Source: Chlorobiota bacterium | GTDB lineage: Bacteria; Bacteroidota; Ignavibacteria; Kapaibacteriales; UBA2268 | Assembly: GCA_041596515.1 (NCBI GenBank) | Contig: JBFHIJ010000003.1 | Coordinates: forward strand, 82,945 to 146,944 | Length of the DNA: 64,000 nucleotides | Reading direction: 5' to 3' | Shown here: piece after piece, positions 39,829-49,991 of the stretch | Layout of the letters: each line of letters begins with the position of its first letter | How positions within the stretch are numbered: the stretch's first letter is position 1 | Notes under the pieces: generated by a model | Seen by the model: the letters and a program-made list of their open reading frames with translations, nothing else | What the model was told of the DNA's origin: nothing | Databases searched by the model: none | Position numbers and translations under genes: made by a program

Positions 39829-41097
39829 CTATTTAGAGGTAAAAACAAAGTCTTTACCGATATATTTTTCAAGTTCAATAATATGCAAATAATAATCTCT
39901 AAGCTCTTGGTAAAATTTTATCTCATTGGATAAATACATTTTTTCCGAATCGAGTAGCTCAAGCAAACTAATTTGTCCTTCTTTGTATGCTTCCAAGGTC
40001 AAGGTCAAAAGTAAACCTGCTTTTTCACGGATGAGTGTATTGTATCTGGCTATTTTTTGATTGCTTTCATGGTATCCGTGCCAAGCAAATTCTATATTCC
40101 GTTTAAATTCTAAAATTGTCTGTTCCATATTATTCTTTGTTCGTTCTGCATTCATTTCATATACTTCGTTTTGCCTGGATTCTTTGAACGGATACCAAAG
40201 CGGAACGGAAATTCCTATTTCATATCCATATTGATTATAACCAGTACCCAAATCCTGTTTGTACCAGCTTAGATTTAAATCAGGGAATATCTTACCACGA
40301 ACTGACTTTATCTTTTCTATTTCTGACTGGTAATTGAACTGCTGAGCTTGCACTGCGGGATGTTCTTTTAATGCGGATAAAGCGTCATTTTGCTGAATAT
40401 CTAACTCAATATAATTCAAAGTATCAGGAAAACTAATTCTATAGCTCTGTTCATCCGGGTTAAGTCCGATAATAGTAAAGAGTGCATAGCGACTTACGTG
40501 ATATTCCTTTTTGATGTCATTGAGTTCGTTAAGCGATTCCTGATAGAATATCTCTGACTTTAGGGTCTCTAATTCTGTAGCTACTCCTGCTTCCGCACGA
40601 TAATTGACTACTTGCCTTAAAGAGTCCGCCAGAGCAGTCTGCATGCTTCTTAATTCAATCATTTTCAGATTGTAAGACAAATTTGCATAAGCTCTTTTTA
40701 CATTAGATTTTACATCTAATTTTAAATTTTCATACGCCATTTTTTCTGCTTCTACTTTTTTAGAAACAGCATTTTTGCCATAAATCCAAGTTATTGGGGA
40801 TGTAATTGTTTGACTAAGGCGTATATTCTGCTCTGTAAAATTTCCGGCATCTATTCCTTCTTTCATAATGCTAAGAGAAGGAGACGCAAGAGGGAAATAT
40901 TCATAAGCCGAAGCCTCAGTAGATTTAATGTTTGCTTTAAGTGCCAGTAATTCATGATTTTTTGAATACGCAATTGATAAAGCAGAGTCCAACGGGAGAT
41001 TGTCTCCTGTGGGCTTTCCACCACCAGCATAAACAATATTGCTGCTTAGTAATATTGCGAATAGGATGTAAAAAAGTCTTTTGATATAATTTTTCAT
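39829..41097 (-). CDS. TolC-family outer membrane efflux protein (CzcC-like)
   Basis: Signal peptide. Two-repeat helical/beta pattern. First gene of the three-gene efflux operon. Confidence 0.8.
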   Translation of the reverse strand: MKNYIKRLFYILFAILLSSNIVYAGGGKPTGDNLPLDSALSIAYSKNHELLALKANIKSTEASAYEYFPLASPSLSIMKEGIDAGNFTEQNIRLSQTITSPITWIYGKNAVSKKVEAEKMAYENLKLDVKSNVKRAYANLSYNLKMIELRSMQTALADSLRQVVNYRAEAGVATELETLKSEIFYQESLNELNDIKKEYHVSRYALFTIIGLNPDEQSYRISFPDTLNYIELDIQQNDALSALKEHPAVQAQQFNYQSEIEKIKSVRGKIFPDLNLSWYKQDLGTGYNQYGYEIGISVPLWYPFKESRQNEVYEMNAERTKNNMEQTILEFKRNIEFAWHGYHESNQKIARYNTLIREKAGLLLTLTLEAYKEGQISLLELLDSEKMYLSNEIKFYQELRDYYLHIIELEKYIGKDFVFTSK

Positions 41098-41279
41098 AAT
41101 TTAAATATCACTAAATGTTATTGAAAAGAGAGAATAAGTATAAGACTGATTAATCGAGCCAATATTGAAGTTGAATTATATTTTGCAATTTATTAAATTA
41201 TAGATAGAATAGGTAGCCCTATTGAAAGAACAAACTTGTATATTACACATTTACTCATCAAAAGAGTGCAAAAGCACTA

Positions 41280-42446
41280 TTATTTCCAATCTATTTCAAC
41301 TAATTCCTGATTGGTACATTTTGCACTTGTAGGGTTAGATTTTGATTTTCTTGCAAAGGTAAGTGCTTCTTTTTTGCATGAGTCGATACAATCACCGCAT
41401 GCCATACATTCTGTATTATCAATGGTAGAGATTTTGTTTTCGCGAGTAATCGCATTGATATCGCACGATTTGTTGCAACTTACGCACGAATTGCAATTAT
41501 CTTTTTTTGCTGCTATAACCGAGGCACCGGGTATCATCTGTACCCAGCCTAACACAAGACCAATAGGGCAGACAGTCTTGCAGAATGGTCTATACATAAA
41601 TAATGAGCTTATAAGTAGTAGACCAAGTAAAATCCATGTAATATTATAAAATGCCAACAAGTTAAAGGCTGCTTTAAATGGATCTATAGCGCAGAACCAA
41701 TTGGTATGTGTTATAGCTAATTGGGTAATCAATGCTAAAAGTAGCACTATTCTAATCCAGCGCATCACTTTTTGGGATTTGGCTGACTTAAGTATCTCAA
41801 ATTTGTTTGATTTATAAAGGAATTCCTGAAAAGCACCGAGATGGCAGACCCAGCCGCACCATGTTTTCCCGAATATGTATGTCAACGGTATTAAACCAAG
41901 AAACCATATTAAATTTTGCCATGGAATATTTACCCCAAACCCTAAAAGAAATATTTCCTGAAAGGAAGAAATAGGACAGGGGCATCCGCCATTATAGAAA
42001 CCAAAAAATATAAGAGTGCTTAGTAGGAATAGTATTCTTGTTTTACGAAGGGGGCGAAAGCGTACAAACACACCGGCAACAGCTGTCAGCAAAAGAGCAA
42101 ATAAAGCCCAGTTTAATCGACTCTGTAAGTGTTCTGCTTCCTTGAGACTTGCAGAATTTTCATCATCTTCTTGATCAAAAGAAGTAAACTCCTCTTGACT
42201 AAAATCCTCAAATTCATCTACTTCGGAAGCCACTGCTCGTAGCTCTTCTGTTTCATCGAAGTCCTCAAATTCATCATCAGATGAGTTGTTTTCTGTTAAA
42301 TGGGAACTGTCCTTATCTATTTCTTCAGTCACCGTAGCTGCCTCCTTTGGAAAAGCAGCACATCCGGCGCAAGTGTTACAGTTCTCTGCATACGTAGCTT
42401 GGTAAATAAGTATTGCAAATAAAAAAGCAAGGACAGTTCTCATCAT
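41280..42446 (-). CDS. membrane-bound polyferredoxin (NapH/YccM-like 4Fe-4S binding protein) with acidic N-terminal region
   Basis: Signal peptide, then an acidic repeat region (DDEFEDFDE...VDEFEDFSQEEF...DQEDDE). TM helices carry GGCPCP, WCGWVCHLG, RPFCKTVCPIG. C-terminal 2x[4Fe-4S] motifs CNSCVSCNKSC and CMACGDCIDSC. Confidence 0.7.
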   Translation of the reverse strand: MMRTVLAFLFAILIYQATYAENCNTCAGCAAFPKEAATVTEEIDKDSSHLTENNSSDDEFEDFDETEELRAVASEVDEFEDFSQEEFTSFDQEDDENSASLKEAEHLQSRLNWALFALLLTAVAGVFVRFRPLRKTRILFLLSTLIFFGFYNGGCPCPISSFQEIFLLGFGVNIPWQNLIWFLGLIPLTYIFGKTWCGWVCHLGAFQEFLYKSNKFEILKSAKSQKVMRWIRIVLLLALITQLAITHTNWFCAIDPFKAAFNLLAFYNITWILLGLLLISSLFMYRPFCKTVCPIGLVLGWVQMIPGASVIAAKKDNCNSCVSCNKSCDINAITRENKISTIDNTECMACGDCIDSCKKEALTFARKSKSNPTSAKCTNQELVEIDWK

Positions 42447-42454
42447 TAAAAACC

Positions 42455-42835
42455 TTATTTAGTAGTAACTTCAAAAGTACCTAATCCACCCTCTTTATCA
42501 CATTTTCGCACTGCTTTTAGCACAGCTTTACCTTTGCCTGATTTAGTTACTTTGATTTTAAGTTTTCTCTCAAACTGACCGGATGAAGTTTCTCGCCATT
42601 TAGTACCTTGAACTATTTCAAAGCCATTGGGTTGAAATTTTGTAGTTTTGATACCTTCTGGGCAACTTTTATGAGTAAAAAAGACTTCTACTTTTACGAT
42701 TAAAATATCGCCTTTTGAGTAAGTTGATTTTTCGCCTTTAAGCACTTTGAAGTCAATTTCACACGCAAGTGCAGAAACTGTAAAAATTACAAAGGCTAAG
42801 GAGCTGACAATTAACACTTTCAAAAATCTATTCAT
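42455..42835 (-). CDS. hypothetical small secreted Cys-containing beta-rich protein
   Basis: Signal peptide ...VSALA|CEIDF. Four Cys including HKSCPEG and RKCDKEGG. Lies 8 nt upstream of the polyferredoxin gene, a likely operon. Confidence 0.5.
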   Translation of the reverse strand: MNRFLKVLIVSSLAFVIFTVSALACEIDFKVLKGEKSTYSKGDILIVKVEVFFTHKSCPEGIKTTKFQPNGFEIVQGTKWRETSSGQFERKLKIKVTKSGKGKAVLKAVRKCDKEGGLGTFEVTTK

Positions 42836-43042
42836 CTATGTACCTCTAACGAATATGTTGTTCAATATTTCAACTATCCCAATTCTTGTGCCAATTTGTA
42901 ATGAAGAGTAGTCCAGGGAGTGTTATTTACTTTAAATATGGGAGTATAGCGAACTTGAGATATTGTTTGCAATTGAAAAGATTTCGACATAAGCGACGAA
43001 AAAGGTACATATTTGTCGAAATAAAAGTACCATATTTCCTCT

Positions 43043-44485
43043 TTATTTCTGCCAAAAAGAAGGTGCAAGTAAAATCACGACAGTATAAACTTCTAACCTT
43101 CCTAATAGCATCAGTCCGGATAAAACCCATTTGACTTCTCCGGATAGGAATGCATAATTATCAGTTGGTCCTACCAGCTCTAAGCCCGGGCCAATATTAT
43201 TTAAAGTAGCGGCAACCGCACCAATAGCCGTAACTATGTCCAATCCTTGGAATGTTAAAAACAGGGAAGAAAATGCAGCTATAAGCATATATAATACGAA
43301 AAAGCCCAGTATATTCATCATCACATCTCTGCTTACACTAATATTCCCCATTCTAATCGGAACTATTGCCTGAGGATGTACCAATCGAACTATCTCTGCA
43401 TATACAAATTTAAAAAGGAGATAGATTCTCATTACTTTCATACCACCGCCTGTAGAGCCTGCCATGCCACCTACAAACATTATCAGAAACAGTATTAACT
43501 GCGAACTTATTGACCATTGTTCGTAATCTGCGGTGCCAAATCCGGTGGTAGTTATAATTGACACAACTTGGAAAAGTGTATACCTAAGAGTTTCGAGTAT
43601 AGAAGAGTAATTATTGATATAAGTATCTATACCGATGCCCAAAGTAGCAAAAGCAATTATGGCAAAGTAAAACTGCAACTCTCTATTAACAAAGACTTCT
43701 TTGATGTTGCCTTTTAATATCCTATAGTGTAGCGAGAAATTCATGCCGGCGATAATCATAAAGATAATTATAATATAATCTATATATGCCGAATTAAAAC
43801 CGCCAACGCTTTTGTTTAAAGTCGAATAACCACCGGTAGCCATTGTTCCAAATGTATGGCAAAGTGCCTCATGCAAATTCATACCGGCAAGCATAAGCAA
43901 TATAGTTTCTATCACAGAAAGCAATACGTAAACACCCCACAGTATTTTCGCTGTCTCTGTTACTCGGGGGGTAAGCTTGTCAGCTATTGGTCCCGGCACC
44001 TCAGCTTTAAAGAGCTGCATACCACCAACTCCCAACAGTGGCAAAATAGCTATGCCGAGTACTATAATCCCCATGCCACCAACCCAATGCGTAAAGCTTC
44101 TCCACAACAATATACCTTCCGGCAACACCTCTATATCTGTCAAGATGGTTGCCCCTGTGGTAGTAAAGCCTGACATGGTTTCAAAAAATGCATCGGTAAA
44201 TGAAGGAATATAATTGCCTATTATATAGGGTAATGACCCAAAAGCAGAAAATACAATCCACCCCAGTGCTACTATCATAAAGCCCTCTTTGGGGCGAACT
44301 TCTTGCTTAGTCCTAAAAAGAAAAAATGCCAATGCTCCAACTAACATTGTTATCCCGGAGCTTACACTTATCGAAAAAGTATCACCACCTCCGTAATACA
44401 AAGAAAACGGAAGAGCAAAGAGCATAGACGCTCCTAAAAACATGGTTATAAAACCTAATACTCTTATTACTATTTTATATCTCAT
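43043..44485 (-). CDS. trkH: Trk system K+ uptake protein TrkH
   Basis: 480 aa, multi-TM. Pore-loop motifs FTTTGATI, MATGGYS, ITTTGFG, GSTGGGMK. Confidence 0.9.
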   Translation of the reverse strand: MRYKIVIRVLGFITMFLGASMLFALPFSLYYGGGDTFSISVSSGITMLVGALAFFLFRTKQEVRPKEGFMIVALGWIVFSAFGSLPYIIGNYIPSFTDAFFETMSGFTTTGATILTDIEVLPEGILLWRSFTHWVGGMGIIVLGIAILPLLGVGGMQLFKAEVPGPIADKLTPRVTETAKILWGVYVLLSVIETILLMLAGMNLHEALCHTFGTMATGGYSTLNKSVGGFNSAYIDYIIIIFMIIAGMNFSLHYRILKGNIKEVFVNRELQFYFAIIAFATLGIGIDTYINNYSSILETLRYTLFQVVSIITTTGFGTADYEQWSISSQLILFLIMFVGGMAGSTGGGMKVMRIYLLFKFVYAEIVRLVHPQAIVPIRMGNISVSRDVMMNILGFFVLYMLIAAFSSLFLTFQGLDIVTAIGAVAATLNNIGPGLELVGPTDNYAFLSGEVKWVLSGLMLLGRLEVYTVVILLAPSFWQK

Positions 44486-44494
44486 ATGCCTCTA

Positions 44495-45835
44495 TCAAAA
44501 CATCTTTTCTACATTTTTTACAGCTCCGGGCAAAGCGAATACTACTACTCTATCGCCGGATTCTACTTGCGTATGTCCGGTAGGAATTACAAGCTGTTCC
44601 CCATTTTTCAATACAGCTGCTACCAGACTGTTCTGAGGGAATTTTAGTTCCATCAGAGGCTTTTTGCATATAGTGGATTTTCCTTTCGCTTCAAACTCAA
44701 TTATTTCCGCATCCATCCCCGGCAACTCAGCATACTGAGTTACTTGCCTGCTACGAATAAATTTTTGGATTGCATTTACTGTGATTAGCTGTTTACTGAC
44801 AACAGCATCCATGCCAATGGAGGGAGTTAGAGGCATATACTCATTTTTCTTGATTAGTGTCACAGTTCTCGGCACTTTCAAGTGGCGCGAGATTAAGCTG
44901 GTTATAATATTTGTTTCGTCGTCTCCGGTCACAGCTATAAACTCGTCCATCTCATTTAGATTTTCAAAAGTAAGCAAATCTAAATCAGAACCATCACCAT
45001 TAATAACAAGAGTTTTCTTTAAATCATAAGCAAGCTTTTCTGCTTTTTTTCTATTTTTTTCGATTATTTTAATTTTCATTTCGGTTTCGAGAGCCCTGGC
45101 AATAAATCTGCCGACCTGCCCACCGCCGATTATCATAATATCTTCTATAATTTTTTTAGTCTTTCCGAAATATTCTAAGGCTTTTGACATATAGTCAGGT
45201 GCACAAATGATAAACAACTGGTCACCTTCTAAAAGTCTGTCTTCACCTCTCGGCACTATTGTAAATTGCTTACGTTTTAATGCTACAATTCTCAAAGGTG
45301 GATTGCCATGAGTTTCACCTAAATCTTTGAGGGGAGTTTGCAATACAGGGCAACCTTGGTCTAACCTGATGCCTAAAAATTGGATTTTACCTTCGTCAAA
45401 TTCTACAATATCAGTAGCATTTGACTGCTTGATTAGTCGAATTATAGCATCTGCCGTTTCTTTTTCAGGATGGATAATATAATCTGCACCCAGTTCCTCT
45501 TTTGATAACATAAAAGAAGGAGAAGCATAATCAGGATTTTTCACACGGGCTATAGTAGTCTGCACACCAAACTTTTTTGCCATTTTGCAAGTAAGCAAAT
45601 TCACTTCATCATTGGTAGTCATAGCCGCAAATACATGAGTATTTTGAATATCTGCAGCTTTTAATATATCTACACTTGTAGCATTACCTTCCACTACCAT
45701 AGCATCTAAATGCTCATGAGCATATTTTACTTTAGAGCTAGCTTTTTCAATAATGGTTATATTATGCTTATCAAGGGACAGCCGATGAGTTAAACGAACA
45801 CCGACGCTCCCGGCACCAACGATAAGAAGATTCAT
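44495..45835 (-). CDS. trkA: Trk system K+ uptake protein TrkA (two RCK N/C pairs)
   Basis: IVGAGSVGVRL and IIGGGQVGRFIA Rossmann motifs. 446 aa. Immediately upstream of trkH. Confidence 0.9.
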   Translation of the reverse strand: MNLLIVGAGSVGVRLTHRLSLDKHNITIIEKASSKVKYAHEHLDAMVVEGNATSVDILKAADIQNTHVFAAMTTNDEVNLLTCKMAKKFGVQTTIARVKNPDYASPSFMLSKEELGADYIIHPEKETADAIIRLIKQSNATDIVEFDEGKIQFLGIRLDQGCPVLQTPLKDLGETHGNPPLRIVALKRKQFTIVPRGEDRLLEGDQLFIICAPDYMSKALEYFGKTKKIIEDIMIIGGGQVGRFIARALETEMKIKIIEKNRKKAEKLAYDLKKTLVINGDGSDLDLLTFENLNEMDEFIAVTGDDETNIITSLISRHLKVPRTVTLIKKNEYMPLTPSIGMDAVVSKQLITVNAIQKFIRSRQVTQYAELPGMDAEIIEFEAKGKSTICKKPLMELKFPQNSLVAAVLKNGEQLVIPTGHTQVESGDRVVVFALPGAVKNVEKMF

Positions 45836-46018
45836 ATCCCAATCCGATTTTCAAAAGTCAAATTTTGTACGAATACAAATAAAGCAAAAAAGAATCAAAT
45901 ATTTTAGTTATTTAAAATTTTAGGGATAATAAAACATACAATAGCCTTAATCCTCACTATAAATATGATTCTTCTGGTATAATAATATTCGAGAGCAGGA
46001 AAAAATAGAAGGGAGCAT

Positions 46019-46195
46019 CCCGGATTTGTCATTAGGATGTCGTCATAGTGCTGTAGATCATTGTAGAACCAAGGAGCATACTTACTTTCTCTGCAAGAAA
46101 ACATTACGTAATTGCTTATTGAACAAGGAGTTTCAACCCCCTCGCATTCAATGACTATAGAGCTGTTTCCATCTTTTTAAATGACATTATTGGAT
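46019..46195 (+). repeat. dispersed ~175-nt repeat family copy
   Basis: CCCGGATTTGTCATTAGG...ACATTACGTAATTGCTTATTGAACAAGGAGTTTCAACCCCC...TAAATGACATTATTGGATT. Confidence 0.85.
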
Positions 46196-46264
46196 TCATA
46201 TATTTTTGTCTAATATTAAGCAGTTTCTAAATGCAGCTACTTCGTTGTGGGATGAAATAAAAGC

Positions 46265-46300
46265 AAAAAAAAAGAGACTCCGAGGGTAGGGGGAGTCTCT
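46265..46300 (-). terminator. rho-independent terminator of hsp20 array
   Basis: AGAGACTCC / GGAGTCTCT stem. The minus strand continues with T9. A T-run is also present on the plus strand. Confidence 0.8.
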
Positions 46301-46384
46301 TATATTTTTCCGAACACTTATTTGTGTACGACTTTTCCTTATAAATACCTATTCCATTGCGTGCATAGCTAAGGTGTCGGAAAA

Positions 46385-46834
46385 TTAGTCTATAGTTATT
46401 TCTAATTCGTTGGGCTTTTCCGGTTCAGTTTTCAATATTTCCAAGTTCAACACTCCGTTTTCATATTTAGCTCTAATGCTTTCTTTATCAACATTTTCAG
46501 GCAAAATAAATGAACGTGTAAAACTTCCATAAGTTCTTTCTGAGCGAATCAGTCGTTTGTCATCTTCTTCCTTTTCTTCAAACACACTTCTTTTTTCACC
46601 TGAGATGATAAGCATATTATCGTCATTTACCTTAACTTTTACGTCTTCTTTTGCTATACCTGGTAATTCCGCAGAAACCCAAAATCTATCATCTTCTTCC
46701 TGTACGTCTATTTTTGGCATCCAAGCAGATGTATTAAACACCATACTTCTTCTGTTAAATCCATCCATCCATCTGTCCATTCTGCGGATTACACTGTCTA
46801 CTCCGGTAAAAGGATCATATTTTACTAAAGTCAT
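46385..46834 (-). CDS. Hsp20/alpha-crystallin small heat-shock protein (copy 3)
   Basis: Alpha-crystallin domain AELPGIAKEDVKVKV...GEK...SFILPENV...NGVLNLEILK. GGAGGTG RBS. Confidence 0.9.
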   Translation of the reverse strand: MTLVKYDPFTGVDSVIRRMDRWMDGFNRRSMVFNTSAWMPKIDVQEEDDRFWVSAELPGIAKEDVKVKVNDDNMLIISGEKRSVFEEKEEDDKRLIRSERTYGSFTRSFILPENVDKESIRAKYENGVLNLEILKTEPEKPNELEITID

Positions 46835-46952
46835 AATACACCTCCGTAGGGCAATTCAACAAAACTATTTGGTCAATTATTTAGGGAAAAGCTAAAATTT
46901 AATTATTCCAATCTTTATGTTCAAATCCGAACAAAACACAATCAATATGAAA

Positions 46953-47402
46953 CTAATCTATATTTACTTCTACTTCTTTCGGCTTAACCGGCTCTTTTTT
47001 ACTTAGAGTAATATGCAAGACGCCGTTGTCATGTTTAGCACTGATCGAGGCAGTATCTATATTTTCCGGTAGTTGGAAAGAGCGGGAAAACTCACCAAAA
47101 CTTCTTTCAGCTCGTATATATGATTTTTCCTTGCATTCATCTGTTTCTTCCTCGCATCTTTTCTTTTCGCCTTTTACCATAAGTACTTTATCTTCGTTTA
47201 CGGTAATTTTAACCTGCTCTTTCGGAATACCGGGAAGTTCAGCAAAGAGCCTCAATGTTTTTTCGTCTTCTATTATGTCAATCGTAGGGGCAAAAGAGCC
47301 ATATTCTACTCTATATCCTTTTTCCATATCGTCTACAATTTGTCCCATTCTTTTATTCATCTTTTCGAATCCTCTAAAAGGATCAAATCTTACAGTTCCC
47401 AT
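46953..47402 (-). CDS. Hsp20/alpha-crystallin small heat-shock protein (copy 2)
   Basis: AELPGIPKEQVKITV...SFQLPENI...NGVLHITLSK. AGGAGA RBS. Confidence 0.9.
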   Translation of the reverse strand: MGTVRFDPFRGFEKMNKRMGQIVDDMEKGYRVEYGSFAPTIDIIEDEKTLRLFAELPGIPKEQVKITVNEDKVLMVKGEKKRCEEETDECKEKSYIRAERSFGEFSRSFQLPENIDTASISAKHDNGVLHITLSKKEPVKPKEVEVNID

Positions 47403-47576
47403 TATTCTATCTCCTATATTTAATTATTTAATTTCTTTGATTCTATTTTCTAAAGAAGAGTCCGATGCTTTTTCACTGCTATTCTGTTCATTTAATAATT
47501 GGTGTTATGAAAACTTATTGAGAAGTCTTATGCCTAATGCTATGGTATTCGTTTCACACCGGACTCTGTCCTTAAT

Positions 47577-48014
47577 TTAATCTATCGTTATATTAATCTC
47601 TTTTGGTTCTTCAGGCTCTTTTTTGTTTAGTGAAAGCTCTAACAAGCCATTTTTGAAAGAAGCTTTGATATTTTCTAAGTCAATATCTTCAGGGAGAACA
47701 AAAGATCTAGTAAATTCACCAAAAGAGCGTTCAATGCGAATTTGTGATTCGCCTTCATTAATCACAGGTTTTTTCTTTTCACCTTTGATAGTCAAAATCC
47801 TTTCTTCATTTACCGATACTTTTACATCTTCTTTAGCTAAACCGGGCACTTCTGCAGATACCACTACTTTGTTGTCATATTCTGTTATATCTACTCGTGG
47901 ATTAAAACCACCTTTTTCGAATACAAATCCTTTTTCAACTTCGCCTGCAATATTTTGCATCTTGCGAGTCATGTTTTCAAAATGTCTAACCGGATCGAAT
48001 TTAATCATTGTCAT
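47577..48014 (-). CDS. Hsp20/alpha-crystallin small heat-shock protein (copy 1)
   Basis: AEVPGLAKEDVKVSV...SFVLPEDI...NGLLELSLNK. AGGAGA RBS. Confidence 0.9.
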   Translation of the reverse strand: MTMIKFDPVRHFENMTRKMQNIAGEVEKGFVFEKGGFNPRVDITEYDNKVVVSAEVPGLAKEDVKVSVNEERILTIKGEKKKPVINEGESQIRIERSFGEFTRSFVLPEDIDLENIKASFKNGLLELSLNKKEPEEPKEINITID

Positions 48015-48237
48015 CTCTAAATCTCCTATTTATGTATTTGCTTTGTTGATTTCAATTTCGCTTACATGATAGAGTATTAGCAAAACCGTGCCAAAAACAA
48101 AACAATGCCACAATGGCAGCAATAAAGGACAAGATGACAGTCGGTACAGTCATTTTGGCAATTATCAGCAATATTAAAGACAATATGTCAGGTGCATGTC
48201 TGCCATATTTGCATTGTTCTGTGATTTTTAAAATAAC

Positions 48238-48412
48238 CCCAGATTTCTCATTAGATGTCATCATAGTGCTGTAAATGACCGCATAGCCAAGGAGCATGCT
48301 TACTTCCTCTGTAAGAAAATATTACGTAATTGCCTATTGAACAAGGGGTTTCAACCCTTGCCATTTACTGACTCTAGAGCATTTTCATCTTTTCAAATGA
48401 CATTTTTGGGAT
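48238..48412 (+). repeat. dispersed ~175-nt repeat family copy (near-consensus)
   Basis: CCCAGATTTCTCATTAGATGTCATCATAGTGCTGTAAATGACCGCATAGCCAAGGAGCATGCTTACTTCCTCTGTAAGAAAATATTACGTAATTGCCTATTGAACAAGGGGTTTCAACCCTTGCC...CAAATGACATTTTTGGGAT. Confidence 0.9.
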
Positions 48413-48633
48413 AAAGTCAAGTGTATGTTAGCCTTCGCTACTATAATTATTGGCAATTATTATTTAGTCCAATATTTTAAAAGTCTCTTACGTATCATAT
48501 TAGAGTATCTAATTTGCATCTTGACTTACCAAACAATACTGAATAATATATACCTGAATTTCTTTTTTGACTTGTATAAACTACATGAATTTAGTATTCT
48601 TGCTATTATAAAATGTGATGTATCGAGAACACA

Positions 48634-49980
48634 ATGAAACAGATTCGACAAAGCTCGGAGGAGCAACTTCAAAAACTCGTTTCACGCTTGAATGAGGAGA
48701 AGGAAGCTCTCTCTGCTAAAATCCAAAAGCAGAATCAGGAACTTTCGGAGTTGCTTATATATTCTGAGATGGTGGTTATTGAATCTACCCAGGATATGAA
48801 AATTCTAAATATTTTGGGAGATATAGAATATGTTTTCGAAAATGTTGCTACTCAGGTGGAGCGTGGTTCTGATCTGACTATGCTGGTGGCAAAAGCTACT
48901 CAGGCGACTCAAAACAGAACTGAAGACTCTGAGGCTGAAGATATTGTTGATATCGTTACCAAATTTGTACAAAGTCCTCGCTCGGAAAAGAAAATAGAAA
49001 TACTTGGAGTAAAAGAAGAAAGTGGCGAGCTGTTTTTGCTCGATTGGAAGATGCTAAAAGCCGGAAAATTGATTAAATCCTACTTTAAGATTACTCCTAC
49101 TAATAATATCATCAAACAGACTACTGATAAATATGAATTCGCACTAGTCGAAAAAGATAAATTTTATGGCCAAGTATTTGAATACTCTCACCGGGGGGTT
49201 ACTATAATCAATCCCGACGGAAAAATCATATACATCAATACTTCGGCAAAGGATATGTTTATTTCAAAAGATAACAAGTTGATTAAAACAGAATCCTTAA
49301 TTGGCAGAACTTTCTTCGAGATTTTCCTGAATGATGATGCTGATGTAAATAAAGAAAGGCAAGTCAAGAATAATCAGGCATATATAACAAAATCATCTGT
49401 TACTTACGTTTCGCAAACTCACGAGGGCGACATAAAGTACGAGATACACCCGATATTTAACTCTAAACGTGCAGTTGTTTCTTTAGCAATTTTTAGCACT
49501 TTACTTAACTCGAGTGTATCAGGAGCCTTAGATAATAAAAAGTTGATGTCAACTCTTAAAACGCTGTATTCAGAAAAATCTATACTTACAGAAAGAATAA
49601 AGGAATTAGAGTACAACCATAAGTGGCTTATGAAAAACAGTCGCGATGTAGATATACAAAGGAAAAAATTATTCTATTATCTAAATAATTTGCCAATTCC
49701 TATTTCTGTTATTGATTTAAAAACAAAAAAATACGATTTTGTAAATAAAGAGTTTGAACAAAATATCAAAAAGAAAAGAGATGAAATAATCGGGCATAGA
49801 GATGTGCAGGTTTTTACTCAAATGGAAGCTGATTTTTTGGATGAAATATTGCTAAAAGGAGTAGAATGCAAACAGACTATTCCAATAAAAGGACTCGTCT
49901 TCGAAGGTATGCAGGCTATTGTAAAAAGTCAGCAAGATACCCCTTTGTATGCGATAAGAGTTTTTACTAAAATAAAATAG
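48634..49980 (+). CDS. hypothetical protein with N-terminal coiled coil and PAS-like repeats, no output domain
   Basis: [29 protein letters not shown] coiled coil. PAS-like segment [24 protein letters not shown]. No kinase, GGDEF or HTH motif seen. No obvious SD. Confidence 0.5.
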   Translation: MKQIRQSSEEQLQKLVSRLNEEKEALSAKIQKQNQELSELLIYSEMVVIESTQDMKILNILGDIEYVFENVATQVERGSDLTMLVAKATQATQNRTEDSEAEDIVDIVTKFVQSPRSEKKIEILGVKEESGELFLLDWKMLKAGKLIKSYFKITPTNNIIKQTTDKYEFALVEKDKFYGQVFEYSHRGVTIINPDGKIIYINTSAKDMFISKDNKLIKTESLIGRTFFEIFLNDDADVNKERQVKNNQAYITKSSVTYVSQTHEGDIKYEIHPIFNSKRAVVSLAIFSTLLNSSVSGALDNKKLMSTLKTLYSEKSILTERIKELEYNHKWLMKNSRDVDIQRKKLFYYLNNLPIPISVIDLKTKKYDFVNKEFEQNIKKKRDEIIGHRDVQVFTQMEADFLDEILLKGVECKQTIPIKGLVFEGMQAIVKSQQDTPLYAIRVFTKIK

Positions 49981-49991
49981 GAACCAGCATA

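Noticed and set aside
46557-48069. Long plus-strand ORFs (46557-46895, 47026-47580, 47623-48069) opposite the three hsp20 genes
   Set aside because: They are antisense shadows of strongly supported Hsp20 genes. Their composition is Ser/Phe/Ile-rich and low-complexity, and they have no RBS.
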